From Klebsormidium nitens (Eukaryota; Plantae; Klebsormidiophyceae): 64,000 nucleotides of DNA. The position numbers were made by a program, and so were the translations under genes. The notes under the pieces were generated by a model. It searched no databases and was not told the origin of the DNA. It worked only from the letters and a program-made list of their open reading frames with translations. The stretch lies in contig DF237078.1 of assembly GCA_000708835.1 (NCBI GenBank), positions 62,001 through 126,000 of the forward strand, given 5' to 3'. Below are positions 1-9,500 of this stretch, one piece after another; the stretch's first letter is position 1, and the number at the start of each line of letters is the position of its first letter.

Positions 1-911
1 ATCTCGAGCCATTTATCGGCTCGTGCGGAATTTAGAGCACAGCAGGTACGTGAGGCCCTTGGCAATCTCTGGTTTTCAGTTGCGTTGATTTGTTCACCAT
101 GCGCAGTGCTGGAGCTAATAGCATTGAGGAGTGACATTTGAAGTGCGTTGTACGTGGGTCTCACATGCAACTTTGAGTCGGCTTGTCCAACAACCATTGT
201 TGATATTGATACCATAAAATTACTGACATTTTGCCCAGGACTCAGGAGTCAGGACTAGTATGACATCGATCTTTGCAATTGAGAGGAGGAATTTGGACCA
301 TGTTTATGGAAGATTGCTTGTCAGCACACGGAGCTGCCACCAATGCTCACCACCTTTTGCAATTAAGAGGCAATCGATGGCTCACTGCCAGTATACGAAG
401 TTGCAATTGGCTAGTGAACGCACTAGGTAGGAGTTGGTAGTTTCCACAAGTCAAACACTCAACTTACCACTCAACCACATCAAGGTATGACCACAAATAG
501 CACAACCGGCTTGCTATGTGCCTCCACTTGAAGGACTTTCTTCCTCCGCGAGTAAGCCCGTTTCCAACAAACTACTATGTTTTAAGGAGCCATGATGAAC
601 GTAACAATTCAGGCCCCTATAGCAAGATGCTCCCGCTCCGGTGCTTTTACATCGTCCAAAAGCTTCAAGCATGCTTTACCTAAGGTTTTGTTGCACCACT
701 GGTACAGGCAAAATTTGTATGCTGAATCACGAACCGTCAGATTGATGAAAACTTTCCACGACAAGGATGACAAAAGCCAACTATGTCAATACGTGCCTTC
801 AGGTTGAGAACAAAAAGTTCCGAGCTTCATGATTAAAATATCCTGATGATTCTTAAACTCGAAGCTCTTTCCGAACATGCTTGAGAGAACAGCGGTGCCC
901 AACTTACCGCT

Positions 912-3900
912 CTACTTCAAAGGTTTTAGACCCAACTTAGCACGTAGCTTGTTGGCTTCAGCAATTTCTGGGTCCGGGTGATCAGTCCCATCAGCGGCGG
1001 GTGCCTTCTTCTTCTTCTTCTGCGCAATCACATAAGAGAAAGAAGTCATGTCAGTAAACTGCACTGAAGAACGTCAACAGCGGCAGTTTGTGTGAAGGCA
1101 CAACGTTGGGTGTACATCTGTGTAAAGGCACGACGTGGGCTGTACATGTATCGTCCAGAATCGAAACCCTTTTCAAAACAAAACTCGCAGCCTCTTGCTG
1201 AAGTGGATGTTATCTTCCATGCATCGCCTGGCCGTTGCATTGACAGGAGTCCGTTGCATTGATGCATGTTTGTCCTACCTTTCCATCACCATTCTCGCGC
1301 ATCTCCCCTTCTTCAGCGCCCTCGTCCCGCTCTCGCCTGCGCCGCGCCCCTCTTTCCTCGGGTTCTGCTGAAGCAGAGCGGTCCCTAGGCCTGCGCTCCC
1401 GCTCTCGCTCACGGCCCCGGTCTCTGTCACGATCCCTGTCGACTCCCCTTTCGCGACTCCGGCTGCGCTCTCGATCATGATACCTGCCGCAGCCAAAGCC
1501 TTCAAATACGATCCGAGAAGCAATCGCTGCCACAACGAAGCAGAAAATAAACCCAGCGGCTTGCGACATGACGAAGAGAAGTTCCGAGACCTTATCTCTG
1601 AGCTCCCCAAAAGGGCCCAGGTCATACGCACTTCAGCCCAAACACCCATGCCCCACGGCAAGTGCCAAACGACCTTTCTCCTTTCCTATCAACAACCAGG
1701 CTGAATCGTCATTCCCTCAAAAGGAAGCAAGCTCATACAGCGGTTTGCGTGAACCTTGTCCACATCAATCTTGTCGCATTTTGCCGGTACGCGAAGTTGA
1801 AAGTTCGATCGCCGTACAAAACTTCTCTGAGACCCCCCGAAAAGAGACAGTTGCAAATCTCACTGGCAGGATACGGGTGGTAAGCAGCGCACACGCCAGA
1901 GCTTCATTGGGGGGGTAATCTTCCAACTTTGTGCACAGCGATCGAACTTCCAAGATCGCGGAAAGGCGATTCCGACCGGACTTCGAGGGGACAGGCTTCA
2001 CGCAAACAGCTGTACGAAGCCGTGATTGGTTCAAATGGCTAAGTCCATCGGGGACTTGAGGCCCACCAAAATAATCAAAGGTTCCATTAAGAGGCGCCAG
2101 CGAACGCTGCCCGCCCTGGCTGGCCATGTAAGGAAACAGTCAAGAAAGGGCTTGCACCTGTCCCTGTCCCGTTCTCGTGACCGCGAGCGGTGCCTCCGGT
2201 CCACGCCCCGCCCACGCTCCCGGTCCCGCTCCCGATCCCGCTCACGATCCCGATCCCTGTCGCGGTCCCTGTCGCGGTCCCGATAATAGTCACGGTCGCG
2301 CTCACTGCAACAAAGGTGATCTTCCCCGTTCTAGAAGGGTGCGCAACTTCTTTCTCAGGAAATTCCACATTCTCTCCAAGAAAACAGTAGAAACGGGAAA
2401 GAAAAAAGTCGAGGCCCTATTGCCTCAAAGGTGACCAAGCTCCAGCATAGCTTCAAAATATTCTTGCAACATTGAGACGACTGCGTTCCACGAGTGATTC
2501 CGCGATGCTTGGCATCAAGAAAGACTTCGTTTCGAAATCGCATCCTCAGCCCTGCTGTTCGTCTTCCATTTGAGATTGATTTTGTCTCACGTTGGCACCC
2601 AGCACTGAGCGTTCAGCCAAGAAGAACTTCGCTGATGTCATCCGGCAAGCTCTGGTGTAGTGTGTAGACCCAGGTTGGTTGATGCTGTTTGCCATAAGGC
2701 TGACTGGTATTCTGAACCGTGAATCGCAAGCCTGTCCCGTCCAATACCAGTTATTGCCTCAGCCTTTGCATCAATTTGCACCACAGATGAACGACTTTTT
2801 CTGAGTGTGGTGACTCGCAGATTTGGCAACTTTGAAAACCCCGGTCGTCAGGGTGTGCTCCCATCAACGCAGTCGCCAACCGTCGCCCAACGGAAAGAGC
2901 TCTGTAAGAGCGATGAGAGAGCCTCGTCACCTTTCTCGGTGGTGGCCGCGCTCCCTGTCGCGCTCTCTGTCCCTGTCTCGATCCCGATCCCGGTGTCGAT
3001 CCCTCTCCCTGTCCAGCTCCCGCTCTCGGTCCTTGTCTCGATCGTTCTCGTGATGGCCCTGCAGACAAATCAGATCATCGTCACAAACACCACTTTGCAG
3101 TCTTCCGTCGGTAAAAGCACTCCACCTGCCTCATCTTCTGCCCATTTGTGCACTTGTTTTTCTTGTGGCAAGCTCGCGGACAAGGAGCCGGAGACCTGAA
3201 CTCGCTAGATTGTATTTAAAAATGTTGGACTGATTTCGAGTCACGTCGAAGCGAGCTAGCAAGGCCGCTGATTTGTGAGCGCTTGCGTTGCCGGTTGAGC
3301 GGTGCGGGGTGCCTACCCTCGCGTTATCCACCTCCATGGGTGCAGCCCCGTTGGCGTCCTCCCCCTCCTCTTCGTCGTCCTCCTCTTCGAAATGGTCTTC
3401 AAGCGCACTTATCCGAGGGTCCAGAGTGCCCGCTGACTCCAGAGTATACCTGGCCAGGGAATGCGATATGTTCAGGGAGCACAAGGAGCTACAAGAATGT
3501 TCCCGGGTTTTTGAGCAGAACAAATCTAAGACTGGCCCAGCTTTACAAGCACCATCAGACATGCTAGTGAGAGGGCCGCAGTCCCCTGTGAGTTCTCGCA
3601 TCTGCAACACAACTAGCCGAAACGAGAAGTGCCACAATTGTTTTGGATCCGAAGCCGGAATGACATTAAAAGACCGTTCTTATACTAAGCTTCAGAGGCA
3701 CCGAGCGGATGGGGTTCTGAGGGTATGCGCTTCCATTGAGAATTATCAGCACGACATAAAACCATGGGCCAATTGCCTGTAGTGAGGCAAGAAGAGCGAC
3801 ATTAAGCAAGCATGAGAGTCACAAAAGTTGGTCAGGAGCGACCGCAATTACCTTTTTGGCAGGCGGGGAAGAGTGATGTCACAGTGCGAGTCTCGGGTGA

Positions 3901-5407
3901 GGAGCTCGTCAATGAACTCGTCCACATGGCTCAGGATGTATTCTGCAACATCAAAGGGACGGCCTAGATTGAGACTGCTGAATTGACAAGGCGACAAGTG
4001 CCAACAGTGCGACGAGACTAGCATCGCTTCCTATGAAAGTGGTCCATGGAAGGCGCCTTTAGTTTGCCTTAAGTGTTCAAGGCAAGCACAACAGTCAGGT
4101 TGGTGTGCCTCATAGTTTCAGCTCTCTGCATAGTTTCTGACTGGATTCAAAAGTAGGTGAACATTGGAACACAGTCGACATGATTGGCAACCATTTCTGG
4201 TGACAGGGGGCAGTAACTCACTGCCTTCCGCTGTCTTTTGGCGCAGCTTGCGGTAGTCATTGTACAGGGGCTCCAGGTACTGGTATACGTCCGTGGGCTT
4301 GCCAACCAGGCGCAGATAAAACGCGCCTAGGATGCGCACATATCTGCACAGGTATGGAGGTTTCATCAGAGTCTTCTACGAGGTGCAGTACGGCTCAATC
4401 ATGCGGAATCAAGCCCCCAGGGCACTGAACAACTAATAGATGACGGTTTGTGAAAGGATTGGCGCTGCAAGGAGATGCTGCCAGAAGCTGTCAGGTAAGC
4501 ACTTCGATGAGAGGTGGTTGGGCATGAACACATTTGCAAGGGGAGACTCACTTGTAATCTTCGTTCTTGATGAACTCGACGACAATCTCCTTCTCTGGCT
4601 GGATTTGCAGCATCTTGAGGGTCAAGCAGAGGAAGGGCGTCGCCTTGCGGTTGCCACCGAAGGTGCCGCCAAAGTGGTCCAGCTCCATGGCCTTGTCCAC
4701 CAGGGTTTCAGCTGAAGAAATGAAACCAAAATAGAATAATATGAAGTGCTGCATGATTCTCCTACGTTGGGCATTCTTGACCTTTTTGCACCACCCGCTT
4801 CCTGCCAAATAATCGAGAAAGTGCATAGAAGACGTTATGATGCATCTCCTGTAGAGACACCAAAAGAGTAGACAGTGACAGTACAAGATTTCACTCTCCC
4901 AACTCATCATGAGAGCATCTGGATTTGATGCAAGAACCTGCTTGTGTGAAAATCATTATCAACCTTTTAGGAAGGTCCAATCTGCTTCTAACAACGCTCC
5001 TGATGAAGGACTTACAAGCTGAGGGAGCGGAATAGGTCGGTAGACAAGATTTCTTGAAAACAGGCATATAGCACATCCATGCTAGAGAACGACATCGGTG
5101 AGTTCAATTGCTGCAATCTGAGGCCTCAATTACCTGTAATTCCAACAATTAGATGCACCCCTCGCCTGACATTTTGCTACTGGGCAGGTTTTGGAAAATG
5201 CAGAAAGATGGGCATCAAAGCCAACGACTTTCTCACAGATACAATATCTCCACAACGATTGGTGTTATTAAGCTTACCTGTCAGCCCAAAGCAGTGCTCC
5301 CTCCAGTATGTATTAGAATAGATTTTTGATCTTACAATTTTCTCCACAAGATTCTGTGGATTCGTGCCATGAATGTTCCGAGCACGGGGGTCCGTCCTAT
5401 TTGCCAT
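912..5407 (-). CDS. PRP38: Pre-mRNA splicing factor 38 (multi-exon) with RS/RD-rich tail and C-terminal HIND-like element
   Basis: Exon 1 (5407-5278) reads MANRTDPRARNIHGTNPQNLVEKIVRSKIYSNTYWREHCFGLT. Later exons give AETLVDKAMELDHFGGTFGGNRKATPFLCLTLKMLQIQPEK, YVRILGAFYLRLVG..YLEPLYNDYRKLR and HVDEFIDELL..CDITLPRLPKR. RD/RS exons lie at about 2931-3058, 2159-2304 and 1279-1483. The last exon (1019-912) reads KKKKKAPAADGTDHPDPEIAEANKLRAKLGLKPLK*. GT-AG sites were found at the exon borders. Confidence 0.96.
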
Positions 5408-5820
5408 GTTTTTGCTCGCAAAACCCACTAATCAGCGATACACCACCACACCTTCACCAACCTCCAGGGTGGGTCAGTTCCCTATGCTGCCCTTTCACGG
5501 TGCATAAGGAGGCAGCAAGCAACCTCTCTTTACTATCATGGCTTCTTCGTACCTGTCCTAATCACCCTGTTGCCTGGCGTTTTGCTGCGCAAATACAAGC
5601 TCAGGAGTCAGCTCCCTGCCAGCTAGCTGCGCCAATGCCATGGCAAGGCAAATTTGGCAGCAATTTGTGTCCTGCAGCTGCTGCTCGCCCATCTCGAGTT
5701 CAACGTTCGTTCATACTTTCAATATCACATTATATAACATAATATATGTAAGGCCGTGGTAACATGGAATACGGATCAGAACAGCAGGTGTAAGTGACGG
5801 CTTAGAGCATGACACAATTA

Positions 5821-6019
5821 ACTCCGATAACTCTCGTGTGACCTAAGAGTCGTGTGACCTAAGATAGGTACCCGGGGGACGGGTGGGGTTGGTATGGTGG
5901 TTAGGGTGGGTTAGGGTGCGGAGCGGGTGATTAATTGGGTTAGGTTTTTAGTTTGTGGTGCCCGGGTTACTCGTATCTTAGGTCACACGCCCGTTAGGTC
6001 ACACGAGAGTTACCGGTAT
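5821..6019. mobile_element. MITE-like non-autonomous DNA transposon, probably Mutator-type (9-bp TSD)
   Basis: Inverted repeats: 5824-5846 CCGATAACTCTCGTGTGACCTAA versus 5994-6016 (22/23 match), plus an inner pair 5851-5866 versus 5974-5989 (16/16). A direct repeat ACACAATTA flanks it at 5812-5820 and 6020-6028. The core is G-rich and TTAGGG-like. Confidence 0.85.
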
Positions 6020-6491
6020 ACACAATTATCTCTCTAGGTGTGATTAAAGAGTTATTCTTGCATCTAGTGTAGGACAATTGTAACTTGTTGGATACATTGG
6101 AGTAATATCCGACGACGTTTAATTGATTGCACAATGCGGAAGCATGAATTATAAAGTCGACGAGAAGCTTCAATCCCAGATGCCAATGCCAATGCCAGCA
6201 CGCTGCACGAGCTCCATGCCCCTGGGCCTGAGGCTGCAGTTTCGTGGAGTGATGGAGGGAGCACATAGCATTGGTTCAGGCGCCTCATCAGCTTATCACG
6301 AAATTCTCGACGTCAGTACCACCTTCGCTTTGCAAAGGATCTTAGCGGATCTACCACCGTCGCCAGCATCTTCAGCATTGGCCTGAGCAGTGCCCTATTG
6401 TGGCCGTGTGCCCCAGTCGGAGCGGCCGTTCTTCTGTTCCAGCATTCTGGTTTGATTTGTTGCATGAGCCCCCTTCTCTTCAGGAACCGCC

Positions 6492-8419
6492 ATGGCGTCT
6501 GATCCAGGCAGCCAGCCGGAGGCTTCTGCAAACGGGCAGCTCCAGACCCCCATTGAGGCTGCTTCGCAGAGCGCACAACTAGCACCTGTAGGCAAGCCCC
6601 CGACACATCGGCCACTTACCGTCCTCCGAGCTCTGCGTGGCGTCCTGATGCTCGCGCTGCTCGTCGTGTCGGCGTTCATCTTCCTCACCTCCTGCATCCC
6701 GATCTGGGCATTTCTCAGACTTCTCAAATGGAGCTGGGGCCGTGGCTTTGCCTCGCACCTGTTTGGCTACTGGCTCTCGATGTGGGTGCTGATGTTCGAG
6801 TACGTGAACGGGACCAAGCTGGTGTTCAGCGGGGAGAGCGTGCCACCCAAGGAGCGCGTGCTGATCATGTGCAACCACCTGACGGAAGTTGACTGGATGT
6901 ACCTCTGGTGCCTGGCGTATCGGAAGCAGAGCGTGGGGGCCGTTAAATACGCGCTCAAGGCGACCGTGCGGCACGCCCCCATCTTTGGTTGGGCGTTCCA
7001 CTGCATGGAGTTCCTGCTGCTCGAGAGGAAGTGGGAACTAGACAAGGACACCATCCGCACCGTCATGAGCTCGTTCCGCAACAGGAGGGATCCCCTGTGG
7101 GAGGTGGTCTTTCCGGAAGGCACCGACTTCAAGTGAGTGCCCCTGCCGCCGTGCTGGCGCTTTGTTGGAGCTGACCACCACCTCCTATTACATTCTGCCC
7201 AAGCCCATCAATGAATCACCACGATTTTTGATCTGCAGGTCTCGTGTAACTATCGTTTGCTTGTAAGGGGGGCGCCCTCTTGGTTTTTAAGTCTGTTTAT
7301 CTTACTTGCTTCAAGGAAGACATCATAAGCATCAGGAAGCATTGCACTCAAAGTCAGTCTCCCAAATCTATTTACCTGGAAGGATTACGGCTCTCGGTTC
7401 CAAGTCTTTGAAAGTTAAGTGATCGCATCATTACAAACCGCGTCCTGATTGATCTGCTCATTTATGGTTTCAACCGTTGCTTTCCAGCCAGAAGAAGAAG
7501 GAGAGGAGTCAGGCATACGCGCGTGAGCACAACCTGCCGGTGTTGGAACATTGCCTTCTCCCACGGGTAAAGGGATTCCATGCATGCCTTGAACCAGTAC
7601 GGGACGCTATTGATGCTGGTAAGACTTCGCCCGGTGGTCCATCTGACGTCAATTGGTGCTACCCCTGCAGTCGGGCTCCTTGTTAAACCAGCAGTGTTTG
7701 CTTCTTAAAACGAAAGTCATTCTCCTCTAAGGACAGCTACCAGCACTAAGTAAGAAGAGTATGTTCCGTGGTGTTGTGTGGCAGCCGATGGACTACAAAC
7801 AACTTGCAGGCGACGAGCAGATCTGATGCTCGTTCTTCTGTGCAGTATATGATCTGACAGTCGCGTATGTACCTCGGCCGCCGACGTTTGTGGACAATTT
7901 GTTCGGGCTGGACCCGGCGGAGGTGCACATCGATGTGAGACGGATTTTGCCCGCAGCGATCCCATCTAAAGAAGACGAAGCGAGCACGTGGATGTATGGG
8001 GTCTTCAAACGGAAGGATGAGATGGTAAGCACAACGGCTTTTCTGCAATCCAAGCCCACGTGAAGTGGTGGAGATGCGACTTCGAACTTCTCGTGCCCTT
8101 TCTGGTTTCAATTTTCGATGGGATTTGACCTCTCTGTTGCCACGATCTCCTTGAGATCGTCGCTCGCGTGCTAACGTTTCGGGTTCACTTACAGCTCGAA
8201 CAGTTCTACAAGAGGAATGCATTTCCATCGCGTCAGATTGACGAGGGGGAGATCTCAATGCTACAAGCAGTGGTGGGGTACGTTTTGTTCACGCTTAGCT
8301 CGGTAATTGCGATCTGGTTGCTTGTGACGAGCAGGGGGTTTTTCGCCTACGTAGTTCTAAGTGCTATCTTCTCAACAACGTTGGTCACTCTGAATTGGAT
8401 GCCAGGAGGCCGGCAATAA
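6492..8419 (+). CDS. LPAT4/5: 1-acyl-sn-glycerol-3-phosphate acyltransferase, LPAT4/LPAT5 class (4 exons)
   Basis: Acyltransferase motifs NHLTEVDW and FPEGTD are in exon 1 (6492-7132). Exon 2 has NLPVLEHCLLPRVKGF, exon 3 has YDLTVAY..FVDNLFGLDPAEVHI, and exon 4 (about 8195-8419) has C-terminal TM segments. An N-terminal TM segment is also present. Confidence 0.93.
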
Positions 8420-8639
8420 GTCCGATTTGATCCGGTGTTTATAAAGAAGTCCTCCTGTGAAGAGCCGATGCGTTTGGGGCGCTTCAGGTGTTTGTTGATA
8501 AGGTAATGGCGATGGTTCCGTGCAACCTTCAGATTGGGATTCGGGATCATTTTCCGATTTAGACCAAGTTGATTGGATTCAGTTAGTCGGATTGAGGTGT
8601 ATGCTGTGCTGCAAGGTGTCGGAAAACACTTAGGTGAAG

Positions 8640-9270
8640 TTTCATATTCGGTACTCCGAGCATGGACGAATGTTAGAAGTGACTCAGGCCGTGCGATACT
8701 ATGTGCCAGCGAGCATGATTGAGATTGACATTCGCCCTGCAGCCCGAGTACGCTCCAACAGCTATCCAAGAAATGTAACATGGGCCTATATAGTCGCGAG
8801 CCAGCCGCCCGCCACCGTCATATGGTTGCATGGTCAGCCGTCAGGTTTTTAGCACATTAACCAGCCAGATCTGGCACGATTGAATGTTTAGTAGCACGCG
8901 CGCTCGCAATTGTCGATCCATGCATGGAGAGCATGTCGTGCACCGTCATATATACTCGTAATCAATCGGATGGTAACGCGCGCGGATATAAGCTAGCTAG
9001 CCATACTAGCTAATGCTTCAAAATTGGGCCGGCCACCATTGAAGTGGCTGCCGGGGCGCGCGGCGACAAATTCGCATGTTATCGTAACGATCCGATACAA
9101 TTTCTGGCACTTACCTCGACGTATACTATATATATAACTAGCCGTCATCATTATAGGTACATGCAATATAGCTGCTATATTGCATGACTCAGGCGGCCGG
9201 CCATGCTGATTGCTATATAGGCTGACGGCAATCATCAATTCCCGACGTCACCATACACATCATAGCATGT
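8640..9270. other. Palindrome-rich intergenic tract between convergent genes
   Basis: Dense self-complementary words (GCTAGCTAGC, CGCGCG, TCCATGCATGGA, TATATATA, GGCCGGCC) and a perfect 13-bp hairpin at 9160-9186. No credible ORF. Confidence 0.6.
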
Positions 9271-9500
9271 ATGATACAGTTGCTTGCGGCCCTGGCCATT
9301 ACCGCAGAAAGTGGAATGGTTTTGAAGCGAAGTCACCATGCAGTCATGAATGAGAACCTGACCAACAGCACTTCGCTTGCCAAAGCTGCAAAGGTTGCCT
9401 TGCAAGGTCTTGGTAATAATTTACATTGGCAACCCAGAACAAAGAGAAAATGGCCAAGTGGCACAGAGTTTCAGTGCAGCTGTAGCTAGACTTGCAGACG

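Noticed and set aside
1-590. Possible 3' exons of a plus-strand gene (donor at about 46, acceptor at about 238, donor at about 551)
   Set aside because: No recognisable protein motif and no way to fix the frame within the window.
1259-3199. Many overlapping RS-, SR- and PV-repeat ORFs on both strands
   Set aside because: They are alternative-frame and antisense readings of the RD/RS-repeat exons of PRP38, not separate genes or a tandem-repeat locus.
5835-6005. Short repeated units in the MITE arms considered as a CRISPR-like array
   Set aside because: There are only two units per side, in inverted orientation, with no unique spacers. The genome is eukaryotic and there are no cas genes.
6178-6198. 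(ATGCCA)x3 tandem with CCAAT words
   Set aside because: Too short to distinguish from chance slippage. It may be promoter CCAAT boxes, but that is unsupported.
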